Positions 11,028 to 22,539 of a DNA stretch of 33,094 nt are shown here, piece after piece. Made by a program: the position numbers and the translations under genes. Source of the stretch: Piromyces finnis finn (Eukaryota; Fungi; Neocallimastigomycota); contig MCFH01000128.1 of the NCBI GenBank assembly GCA_002104945.1, positions 1 through 33,094 on the forward strand. The letters run 5' to 3'. The first letter of the stretch is position 1; each line of letters starts with the position of its first letter. The notes below the pieces were generated by a model. That model saw only the letters and a program-made list of their open reading frames with translations, made no database searches and was not told where the DNA came from.

Positions 11028-12044
11028 GGCAATACCATATTTAATAAAATTATTATAATCGTTAGCTCTAGAATTTTCTTCAATTTGGTTTATAGCTCCT
11101 TAACATTCCTTTAAAAGACAGATTTTGATAAAATTCTTATCTTCTTTTTTCTTCCTGTTCATAATTTATTTTTTTCAAGGTATTTTTTTATTTTTTTTTT
11201 AAAAACATAACTTTAATTAAAATATATTTTTTTCTTTATTATTAAAATACTTTCCAATAATAAATCCGAAATCATATCATCATATCTACCATATCTACTA
11301 TTTTCTTCTGGAGTTAAATCCCTAATTTTTTAAAAACAAGAATATTTGTATTAATAACACTTGATAAACATTTTCACACATTTTGAATTCATCATACATA
11401 CTGTGCTTCAAGTGATATTCATTTAATTTTGATAAATATCATTTAAATTTTTATAATCTTTTTTAACATCTTTTTCAAAAAGACCATTAATAAAATTATA
11501 TATTATTTTATCATTTGCTATTTCTAATTTATTTTCATAGTTTTTAATAAAGCAATAAAATTTTCTAAAATTTCACCATTTGTAATTTTAACATATTCAT
11601 ATTACCTTTAATGATTCGATTTAACATACTATTTTTATATTTTTTAATTTGACTTAAATTTTCTTTTTTTTCAGTTAATTTGGGTTTAACGGTAATTTAT
11701 TTTAAAGATATTCAATAGCAGATTTGAAATCTTTAGATTCTTCATTTTTAAAATTTAAATAAAAAACAGGATATTTATAAAATCCCCTCATGCTTTTTCC
11801 ATTTTTAGAAACTTCTAAACTATCAAATAAATCATTTCTTAAATTTTTCTATTAATAGGCTTTTCAAAGAATTCTTGAATCATTTTTAAATTAAAACTTT
11901 TTCCAAATTGACTTGGTCGTACTCTCAAATACACATCTTTATAATTGTTAATAAAATTTGGTATCATCTAGTTTTATCAACAAAATAGTAATCATTTATA
12001 TTAGAATCTTTATAAAATTCTCCAGAATATATTTCTTTTGGCAT
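11028..12044 (-). pseudogene. Bacterial-type AAA-ATPase-like (PF09820-like) + PD-(D/E)XK nuclease (PDDEXK_9/DUF1703-like) pseudogene, internally deleted
   Basis: Fragmented frames give YYFVDKT, Walker-A-like RPSQFGKS (11896-11919), KMIQEFF, DLFDSLEVSK, KYPVFYLNFK, YVKITNGEI, ENVYQVLLIQIF, SRYGRYD (GRYD at 11279-11290) and KEC*GAINQIEE...FIKYGIA, all in the order expected for this family. At ~1 kb it is shorter than the family norm (~1.6 kb). Confidence 0.8.
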
Positions 12045-12270
12045 TTCCTAAAAGAATTGAAAGAAAAATTCATAAAAGTTTTAAATAGAAAAGATGATGA
12101 TATAAAATATTATTGCGAATTAATTGGAAATTCAAAAAAAGGTATTGAAAAGTACATTAAAAAAATGACGCAAACTTTAGAAAATCTTTTTGTAAATCTG
12201 GAAAATAATAATATTAAAAATATTGAACTTTCAATGTCTAATTTTAAGCGTTAATAGTAATTAACGAAAA

Positions 12271-12560
12271 AATAGTAATAGTAATAGTAATAGTAATAGT
12301 AATAGTAATAGTAATAGTAATAGTAATAGTAATAGTAATAGTAATAGTAATAGTAATAGTAATAGTAATAGTAATAGTAATAGTAATAGTAATAGTAATA
12401 GTAATAGTAATAGTAATAGTAATAGTAATATAATAGTAATAGTAATAGTAATAGTAATAGTAATAGTAATAGTAATAGTAATAGTAATAGTAATAGTAAT
12501 AGTAATAGTAATAGTAATAGTAATAGTAATAGTAATAGTCAAAGTAATAGTAATAGTAAT
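12271..12560. repeat. (AATAGT)n hexanucleotide microsatellite, ~48 units
   Basis: Near-perfect array with one interruption at ~12430; it generates the spurious poly-Y/IT/L ORFs. Confidence 0.97.
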
Positions 12561-12584
12561 GATAAAGTCCTGCTTCTGAAAGGC

Positions 12585-12910
12585 ACAACTATAAGTCAAG
12601 ATGAAGAGTCTCATTCATTCAGAATCATTATAGATAATTTCTCTCCTGTATATCAGATCATATACTAATCCCTATTAATTTTAAATCTATTCCTATGGAT
12701 GATTTTTCTAATGACTTTAAGGTTCCTAAGAAAATTCTGAAATAGAATAGATTGAATAAAATATATTGAGGAAAAGGAATCGATACACAGTCCTAATAAA
12801 TCCCACATACTTTCATCAAAACTCAATGATCCTGTTATTTCAACAGATGAACTTTCCAAAGAATTTACTTCAGCTGCTCTTTCAATTGAAGATGTATTAA
12901 ATATTGTGTA
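12585..12910 (+). mobile_element. LINE ORF2 fragment (end of APE endonuclease + linker)
   Basis: Translates KMKSLIHS...SDH...IPMDDFSNDFKVPKKILK*NRLN...EEKESIHSPNKSHILSSKLNDPVISTDELSKEFTSAALSIED, clearly homologous to the minus-strand LINE at ~18160-18480. Confidence 0.85.
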
Positions 12911-13357
12911 TTTATATGTTTTTCCTGCTAATATAAAATAAAATTTTTCGTTATTATTTTTCTTACTTTTATCTTCATATGAAATAAATAAAGCTTTATT
13001 AAAAAAATGAAAACTAAAATAATTATCAATTTTTTTCTTTTTTTAATTAAATAGATTTCATAATATCTGTTTTTCATGGAAAAGCTGAATTTTTTTAAAT
13101 AATTTTACATTTATACTAATTATAAAATTATTATCTATATGTCCATAATTATAATGATTTAAAAAAATTCATAATAATTATTCATAACATCACTATTAAT
13201 ATTTTGTTAAAGTATAACTTTCTTTTTGTTTTTAAATTAAAAGTGAAGGTCGTTATTATTTCTAACTAAACTTCTAATAAATATTAATGATAATTAAACC
13301 TTAATCATGTTTAATGATTTATAATATAATTTATGTAATATCAAGTTAAATAATTGG

Positions 13358-16300
13358 TGTTAAAATAAAATATAATAAATATGTCTTATTTAAAATTGTA
13401 GGATATTTTAAATATATTTTACTTTTCATGAAAATTCAATATTTTTACTATTTGTTACATAAATCTATTTTTTTATAGAGTATGCAAATAATTGATAAAA
13501 TTTTATAAAAAAAATGATAAAACTTTAAAATAATTTTATGGCTATTTTTTCCTATAAGAAAAGTATTCAAATGGAATGTAAAAAAAAAAGTGAAAAAAAT
13601 TTGAAAAAATTAAAACTTCAAAAAATAAAAGCATGAATTCAATTCTTTATTAATATTTCAATTACTCTTTATAAAATGACTTTATTAATATTTATTTTCT
13701 TGATAAAATAATATCAAAACGTTGAGTTATATCATGTGTATATCATTAAAATAATACTTTTTTATTAATTTATGATATTTATACATATTATATAATAATT
13801 AAATTAATAAGCTTTTTCAATTTTTATAATTTCTTTTTATTTAAACTTTTTTCAAGTAAAATTTTAAAAAATATTGAAATTTTTTGAAAAATTTTCAAAG
13901 TTTGAATTTTTCATTAAATTTTTTAATTAATTAATTAATTAATTAATTATTCATCGTCCATTTAAAAAAATTTGATCTGAAAAAAAAAATGCATTTGAAC
14001 ATTGACACAAAAAAACTTAAACTTTTTTTTAAAATTTTTACACTTAAGGAAATACTTTATTTTTTATAATTATTTTTTATTATATTTTATTTATTTTTTA
14101 TTTATATTTTATTCTTAAAAATGAATTATTACATGTTTTTTTTATAAATATAAATAATAAAAATATATAAAACAAAAACTAAAAAGAAAAAAGAATAAAA
14201 AATAATTATTATTTATACATTAAAGATCCATTGATCATGATCAATATATCTGTTAAAATATTTAAGAAATTCATGGTTTTTTATTGTTGTAGATAATATG
14301 TAAGTATTTTTATCATCTCCTCCTGCTTTTTTTAATTCTTTTAAAATATATTTTACCTTTTGTTCTGATGATCTTTTATCAATAACAAAGAGATTTTCAA
14401 TAATTTTATAGTTGTCGTTCTTCAAGGCGAAAGTATACCATTCATCTTGAAAATCGTTGTAATGAAGAAATTCCTTTACCAATAATAAAAATGTTTTATT
14501 CTTCTTTTCTTTTATTAATAATTTTAATATATATTGAGGTATATTTAACTTTTCAATTTTTTTAAATTTATTTTTTAATATTTCAATAATGTAATCGAAA
14601 TTTTCATATGAAAAGTTTTTTTGATGAATTAAAAATTGTATCACATTGTTGAAGGAATTGTCCTTATCCAAAAATCTATAATTAATATCCGCACCTTTAG
14701 AAATAAGAAAGGTGCACACATCTCTTCTATTTATTAATAATGTATAAATGACTAAAGGTACTGATTCATTAATTAATGAATTTGGAATCTCATAATTGAA
14801 ATTGGTGTATGAGAATAAGCTTATTATTTTTTTAAGTGAATCAATAGAAAATCCTGAAGTAATACAATTTGTTAATACGTCATAATCTGAAGAGTTTATA
14901 TCTCTTATTAATATTTCATTTTCTTGATAAAAATAAAATATTCTTTCCATATTTCCGTTCTTTATGAATTGACTTAATTCCATTCTTTTCTTAATCAAAA
15001 TTTTATTCAAATATCTATTAAGATGATTAATATCTAATATATTATTTAAGAAAATATTTTTATACTTATAGTTAATTATGAATTCATATAATTTAAGGGA
15101 GAATCCAGGATATATTATATCATTATTATTATCCATTATGAATTCAATTTTTTCTCTAATTGAACTTGGAATATCATAACATGAAAAAAATTTTAATTGA
15201 TCAAATGAACTACAATAAATACACCTATAGTACCATTGATATGGTACATCAAAATTTCTTTCATTAATAATTATTTTATCAAATTGATCTTTCGATATGC
15301 TTTTTTTTGATTGGTATATTTTAAGTAATTTAATAACAAAGTTTTTATCGCACTTATATTTGATATATTTGGATGCTAAATTGAAGTTAAAACTATAATC
15401 GTAAATATAATCTTTAATCTCCATTATATTCCAATTTTTGTTTAAAAGATATGAAAGAACTTTTGTGGTAAGTAAATTTTTTTCAATTAATAATTTGACT
15501 ATATTAATATTGTGTTGAGTAAAATTAATATCGCCCCCTTTGCTGATAATGAAATCTGCAATTTTAAAATGATTGTTAGCAATTGCAGAGTATAATGGGG
15601 ACTTTATTTCACCATTTTTGAAAATGATGAACTTGTTAAGCGGATAATTCTTTTTTTCAATTAATAAATCTAAATATGCAATTGGAACATTGTATTCAAT
15701 TGCAGAAATGACCTCATCAAAATCTTTTTCCTCAATTAAATGGTTTGGTTGAATCATTTCATTTGATACTTCTATATCCTCAAATAACTCTACATCTGAA
15801 GTGTAAGAATTATTTGACAAGATCATTGTTGAAGTTTCAGTACTATCAATTTCAAAAGATGACATTTTTTTTATAATTTAAACGATTTTTATTGTGCTTA
15901 CGTGTTTTTTAAAAATAATAATTTATTTTGTTAAATTGTAAAAACAAGACAATAAATTTAAAAAATAAAAATGATAACAATATAATTATATTTACAATAA
16001 ATAACATTTTAAACTTTTTTTAATAATTAATATTCATTGATTTAAAATGATTCGTTAATTAAAATATCCTTAATAAATAAAGTTGTACTTTCTTTTTTCT
16101 TATCTCTTTACAGTTTTAATTTTATTTTTTATTTTTAATATTATTATAAGTTATTTAATTAATATTATAATATATAAATATTAGATATTAGATATTATAT
16201 ATTAGGTTTTTTTAAGATATCACATTTTTAAATGGATCAACCATTTTTAAGATTTAAATAAAAAAAAAACTATTTTTTCAATTCAAAGATCATATTAATT

Positions 16301-17225
16301 AAAATTTTTTTTTAATATTTAAAAAATATTTTAAAAAAACTTTTATAAAATATGATAATAAATTTCAATAATAATTACCTATTATTTAAACTTATTATTT
16401 ATTTTAATATTATATTTTTTTTATTAATATAAAATTATGAACTTTTTTTTTATTATAATAATCCCCTTTCATTTGTAGTTTCAAAAAATTTCAAGGGATA
16501 ATATTCCAACCTACTTGAAATATATTTATTATTATCCATAATAATATGGTAAATATTAATTTCATTCAAAATATAATTTGCTTTTTATCATAAACATCTA
16601 TATAAATTCAATGTATCTTTATCGTCAGTATTTTTTTTAACATTCTATTTAATTCATATGAATTATGAATTCATAAATATAATATATTAATTGTTTATTA
16701 CGCATTGATACATTGTTATAATTTAGTTAATATTTAAAAAAAAAATAAAAGTGAATCTCAGTTTATTTATTTTTAAAAAAATTTATGACTTAAACAACAA
16801 AAACTAATTGTAATCTTAGGTAGAATAATAATATTTTAAAAGAAATAACGGTTTCCTCTATTTCTATATGTAATTCGATAGATTCTGAAAATCTATCAAC
16901 AGGAAAAAATTTTTATCCCATATTTTAATGTTTTATTTCTCTACATTTTTTACTATCCTCTTTTATAGGCATTTTAATATTAATTATTATAAATTTAAAA
17001 TCTTTAGTTTTATCAATGAATTAAAAATATTCAAATATAGTTATTTAGTATATATTAGATAATGTTGAACTAATATCTGTTGATAATATATTTATATAAT
17101 TTTTTTTTTTTTTTTTTTTTTTTTTTTGAATATTAATAATAAAGATATGTAATTTTTATTTATTAATAGCTTTAATTTAATTAAATTACATTATATATAA
17201 AAAATTAAATAATAAAATATATAAG
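13358..17225. repeat. Segmental duplication, copy A (ankyrin gene plus both flanks)
   Basis: Collinear with ~22540-26260: the coding offset is ~9435 bp, and flanking blocks match (e.g. TTATTCATCGTCCATTTAAAAA at 13947/23438, AAATGGATCAACCATTT at 16230/25613, AGTTATTTAGTATATA at ~17039/26091). Confidence 0.9.
14213..15865 (-). CDS. Ankyrin-repeat-containing protein (550 aa)
   Basis: Intact ORF with two ankyrin modules: SPLYSAIANNHFKIADFIISKGGDINF and PLVIYTLLINRRDVCTFLISKGADINY. Its paralog is at 23652-25300. Confidence 0.88.
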   Translation of the reverse strand: MSSFEIDSTETSTMILSNNSYTSDVELFEDIEVSNEMIQPNHLIEEKDFDEVISAIEYNVPIAYLDLLIEKKNYPLNKFIIFKNGEIKSPLYSAIANNHFKIADFIISKGGDINFTQHNINIVKLLIEKNLLTTKVLSYLLNKNWNIMEIKDYIYDYSFNFNLASKYIKYKCDKNFVIKLLKIYQSKKSISKDQFDKIIINERNFDVPYQWYYRCIYCSSFDQLKFFSCYDIPSSIREKIEFIMDNNNDIIYPGFSLKLYEFIINYKYKNIFLNNILDINHLNRYLNKILIKKRMELSQFIKNGNMERIFYFYQENEILIRDINSSDYDVLTNCITSGFSIDSLKKIISLFSYTNFNYEIPNSLINESVPLVIYTLLINRRDVCTFLISKGADINYRFLDKDNSFNNVIQFLIHQKNFSYENFDYIIEILKNKFKKIEKLNIPQYILKLLIKEKKNKTFLLLVKEFLHYNDFQDEWYTFALKNDNYKIIENLFVIDKRSSEQKVKYILKELKKAGGDDKNTYILSTTIKNHEFLKYFNRYIDHDQWIFNV

Positions 17226-19600
17226 AATTTTTTGGATTGAAATGAAAAGACTGACACTTTCTTCCCTTTTACGAAATCTAAATTGTTTGTCTAATGAAAT
17301 TATTTTTAAGACCATATTTTAAAATTCTAGTGGTGGCAATTTTCGAGATCAACTTAATACCATTATTGATAAGTGATATGTCTTGGTAATTATCACAATC
17401 TGTCAAGTCTTCCTTCTTAGGAATAGAAACAATATTGGATTCATAAATTATTCATAAATTATCCATCCCAAATACGGTTGAATAAAATTTAAACCATTAG
17501 TATCAATATCTGAAGTGACATTATCAGAAGAATTATTATTTGTAACATTATTAGAATCATTATTTGAAGAAATTTATACCTTGTAAAAATTAATTGGAAC
17601 ACCATCCAAACCCGATGCTTTATAATTAGGAGTAGAGAGGATAGCTGACTTGACTTTATTAATACTAATATCTTGGCTGATATTCCATTTATCAAACATA
17701 GAGAGTGAAAAACGCTTATTTATTGATTCTTCATACCAATGCTCCAAATCAAGACTTACACCATTTGGATCAGATGCAAGATTTTCGAAATAGTCATGTT
17801 AAACCTCTAGTTGTTCTTTCGTAACAACAACTAAATCTCCACTTTTATTTTTAGTTGGTTGAGCAGTAAAGAAAGTATCTTTTCCAAATTTTGCAGTTTT
17901 CTTGATCCATTTCCAGGCCTTCTTTGGATTATGCCTTTTTATATACTCACATCCTTTTTTAATCCAATTAAGTTCCTATAATTATTACATCTTTTGTGAA
18001 TGTAATTGATGAGCTTAGGGTAGATTTTAATCCTTTTAATAAATTCTTCTATACCATAAACTCTTTCTTTTTTAAATTTCCTATACAGCTTCATTTTGAT
18101 TTTTTGGAGATTAAAAATTTGTTGTGAAATATGAAATGAAGATTTTATAACATTATTTTATAAAATAATACTGAGCTCATCTGCAATTGAAAAAGCAGAT
18201 GAAGTAAACTCATTGGAAAGTTCATCTGTAGAAACATTAGGATCGTTGAGTTTTGCTGAAAGTATTTGGAATTTATTATGACTGAGAATAGATTCCTTTT
18301 CTTCAAAACATTTTAATCTATTCCATTTCAGAATTTTCATAGGAACATTAAAGTCATTAGAAAAATCATTCATAGGAATAATTTTATCATTAATAAGGAG
18401 TGGCTTATGATCTTATACAGGATAAAAATCATCTATAAATGATCCTGAGTGAATAAGATCTTTCATCTTCGAATTGACATGAGCATAATCAATGTCGGGT
18501 GATTGATTACTTCAAGTCCAAGAGATAGAAGAATCTTTAAGTGGAAGTACTTCTCAATCTCCTAATTCATTAGATGATAACCAGTTGGATAATTTTACTT
18601 TAGACATATTAAAATCACCAACAAGAATCAATGGATGATATGAATGAAATTGAAACCACAAGCGTACTTCTAACTTTGTATGATCAACATAGATGTAGTA
18701 ATGACAATGAGGCATATAAAAATATCCAATCGAGCATTTGAATCTATTCCAAAGGCTAAAAGTATAAATAGAAATAATATACTTTTCTGAGTAGTTTTCA
18801 AGTGAGGCTTGTCACGAATTGTAAATACCTAAATATAAACTTCTCATGCTGGCCACTGATTCATCGGTTTTCTTGAACATGTGTCTATGGTTTCGTAAAG
18901 TAACACGACAAGAATACTCTGTATTCGATCCATAATCATTATCAGTTTCTTGAAAACATAAAAATAATAGTTTAAAAATAGTTGTGAAATAACTAATACT
19001 ATATCTTTTTTCGTGATTCCACCCATTGGTATTCTAACTAGGACAAAACAAAAAGTTATTAGGCTTGTTGGATGAGAAAGAATTGTTGCTATTATTATTA
19101 TTATAGTCATCATTATTAATGAATGATGCAACAGAGGAATTAGTTGAACTATTATTAGATGGCTGTGTAACTGAAGAACTATCAACTATTGAACTGTTAT
19201 CGGAGTTGATTGAACTATCAGAAATAACTGTTGAATGTTGAGGCTGAAACTGTGTTTGTTGTAGTTCTGGAATATCTTCATGTTGAAAATCCTGTTGCAG
19301 ATCTTGTTGAAGTTGGATTTGATTAGATTGATGATATGAATATTAATAAGATTGTTGAATTGACTGTTGAATTGTTTGTTGATGTTCATTAAAAACTAAA
19401 AATTTATGTTTGAGTGAAGAAAAAAAATGCATTTGTGATTCCTTCTACTACGAGCTGAAAAGGAAATTGAAGCAATGGAAAGTTTCTTTCTTAAGATGTG
19501 TAAGATTTTATTCCAGTCTTTCGTTGAACCATGAACCTTGACTAAAAAAAGTGATCATTGAAATTCTTATATTGATATTTATTCCATACTTGAATAATAT
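17225..19600 (-). mobile_element. Degenerate LINE (non-LTR retrotransposon): Q/S/N-rich leader, APE endonuclease, start of RT; 3' truncated
   Basis: APE motifs S*NTNG (19021-19040), LCFQET, IGYFYMP, LILVGDFN (GDFN at 18608-18619), PDIDYA and *DHKPL; RT motifs KASGLDGVPINFYK (17601-17622) and SNIVSIPKK...DNY.DISLINNGIKLISKI. Many stops and frameshifts. Confidence 0.92.
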
Positions 19601-20442
19601 TTTTAGAATTTCTTTATTTCTAAGTCAAAAAAGTTATATGTAATTAAGTTATTGTTTCATTTTTATTTACACTGACGATTTTTAAATATTTCATTGCATA
19701 TTTTAAAATATATTAAAATTGAGAATAGAATTGGATTTATGTTTTGTTTTGCTTTGTTTTTTTTTTTTTTTTTTTTTTTTACTAATATTAATTTAAAATC
19801 TCGCTTTAATACTTCCTATTATATTATTATAATAAAACCATTATCCTATTTAAAATATTTCACAAATTCATAATCTCTTTCACATTCATAATTTTCAAAT
19901 AGTTCTTTCAATATGCTTTTCAATATTTTTTTTTCCTTTTGAATTAATAAACAGTTTAATAACTTTAAATCTTAAGAATTAAAATATCTCTATTTATACA
20001 AATCATATATATTTAGATTGTATTACTATTGTATATTTTTCATTTTTATAATAATCATTGTTCATTTCTATCTATATATATTATGTTTTATAACATGAGT
20101 TATATTAATATTATCATTTCATTATAAAATTGAAAAAGATAAAATGATATTTATCCCATTTATATTTATATAAAAAGACCATTTTTACAATGTTCAAATT
20201 CTTTTCTTAACAAAAAAAAAAAAAATGAAAATTTATTTATAATTAAATTTTATAAAACATTTTGCCACCAATCATATTTTAATATAAAAATATTTTTTCA
20301 ATGAATGTAAGCATATAAATATGTTTATATAGCTTATAATTTAAAGCAATCTAAATTAATAAATAAATTACAACTACATTTACATAAAAAAATTTAAATT
20401 AAGTGTTAATTATGTTAATTATTGAAGAAAAAACAAAAAAGA

Positions 20443-20857
<415 letters not shown>

Positions 20858-20864
20858 TAATGAA

Positions 20865-21360
20865 TAAAAATAAAATATAAGTGAAAAAAGAATTATAAGA
20901 ATAAAAGGATTAAAAGTTCATTTTAATTTTTCATATAAATTCCATTATATTACTATATATTATATGTTAAATAAATATTTTTCTTTTTGGGTTTATATAA
21001 GTAATTCGAAATATTTTATAAAAGAAATTTTAATAAAATTCTTGAATAATTTTTGGCTAATCTTTACTATGTCTTGTATAACTTCTGGTTAAGGTCATTT
21101 TTTGCCTGGCTAAAAAGTGTGGCTAATTCTTCAAATTATCTAGGATAATTACTACATCATCAAGAAAAATATTTAATTGGAATGGACAAAAAAAAAATAA
21201 AATTTTAAAATCTCATAATTGAATAATTAAAAATATATCTTTAGTTTTCTATTAACATTTCAATTATACTTTTAAAAATAAATTTTCAAAATTTTTATTA
21301 AGAAAATAATAATAATAAACTTATGTGATATATCATGGGTATATCATTAAAATAATAGAT
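20865..21360. repeat. Third (partial) copy of the non-coding block also at ~13358-13790 and ~22540-22920
   Basis: Shared motifs include AAAATAAAATATAA, TTCGAAATATTTTA.AAAGAAA (clearest at 21005 and 22666) and ATCAT..G..TATCATTAAAATAATA. Confidence 0.7.
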
Positions 21361-21824
21361 AATAGTTTTTATAAGAAATATTAGTGACCATCAAAGTGAC
21401 CACTGATATTACAATGGAAACCATATATTCATGTTTGTATTTATTGGTTATTATACAGTAAATAGCCTTATGTTAATGATTATTAATTAAATAATAAGTT
21501 TATTTTATTTATCTATTCAAGTGGTAGAAAAAGTAAACTATTTTAGTTAAATAGTCAATAGTAAAAAAACATTGAAATACTTTAGCGTTAGTATTAATGT
21601 ATTTTAATAATTATAATAATAAAAGAAATAATTATAAATAATTAGTTTTACAAATTTAGTTCATACTAAATATTTTTTAATATTTATTTTTATGTACTTA
21701 AATCCAGGGGTTAAATAATAAAATTTTTTTTTCATATTTTTTTTAAAAAATTTTTAAAATTAAAAAATTTGGAGACTTTCTAAATTATTTATATTTTAAA
21801 TAAAATTAACATTTATTTACATAT

Positions 21825-22155
21825 TCATTTATAAATTTATTTATATATTAATTAATTTATTCAATAATATAGCAGTAGATTTATTCATTCATTTATCTAT
21901 TAATTAATTGGTTTTTTCATTAAATTATTCATTTATTCATTTATTAATAATCTCATCCATTAATATATATTATGTATTAATTGATCATTTGCTAATTTAT
22001 ATATTAATTAATTAGTTTATTCATTTATTTATATAAAATTTGATTGGTTCTTATATTAATTTATTTAATTAATAATATATTTATTCATTTATATATTTAT
22101 TTAATTATTAATTGTTTTATTCATTTATATATCAATTGATTTATTCATTTATTTA
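21825..22155. repeat. Degenerate AT-rich array of the motif (T)TATTCATTTA
   Basis: About 7-8 spaced copies of TATTCATTTA in ~330 bp. Confidence 0.55.
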
Positions 22156-22450
22156 ATAATTTTGAAATAATTAAAATTTTAACTTTTCCACATGGCAAAT
22201 AAAATTTTATCTTTTTAAAAATGTAAAAAATTTACCTATATTTATCAATACATAATAAAATATATGTTTAATTATTAAATAGTAGGTCATGGTTCTATAG
22301 TACTATGCTAGTATGTATATGTAGTTAATAATTTAAAGTTAACTCAAAATTTACATTAATAATATATAATCTCTATCTATATTCCTATCAAAAATATTAT
22401 AATATTAAATTTTAATAGGTATTAAAAAAAAAAAATACATTAATTATTAC

Positions 22451-22482
22451 CATCATGACCATCATGACCATCATCATCATCA

Positions 22483-22524
<42 letters not shown>

Positions 22525-22530
22525 TATTAT
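22451..22530. repeat. Compound microsatellite (CATCATGAC)2(CAT)n(TAT)n
   Basis: Directly visible in the sequence. Confidence 0.9.
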
Positions 22531-22539
22531 TCAGTATAA

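Noticed and set aside
11031-11040. Minus-strand TGGTAT as a copia primer-binding site
   Set aside because: It encodes YGI of the nuclease C-terminus, is not preceded by an LTR, and does not extend as a tRNA-iMet match.
12244-12614. Poly-Y/IT/L ORFs on the minus strand
   Set aside because: Translations of the (AATAGT)n microsatellite.
17489-19389. Small minus-strand ORFs at 17489, 18844 and 19186, and 12665..12859
   Set aside because: Off-frame or antisense readings of the LINE relics.
21054-21127. Short insertion flanked by TGGCTAAT direct repeats (possible 8-bp TSD)
   Set aside because: No terminal inverted repeats, and TGGCTAA occurs a third time inside; too weak to call an element.
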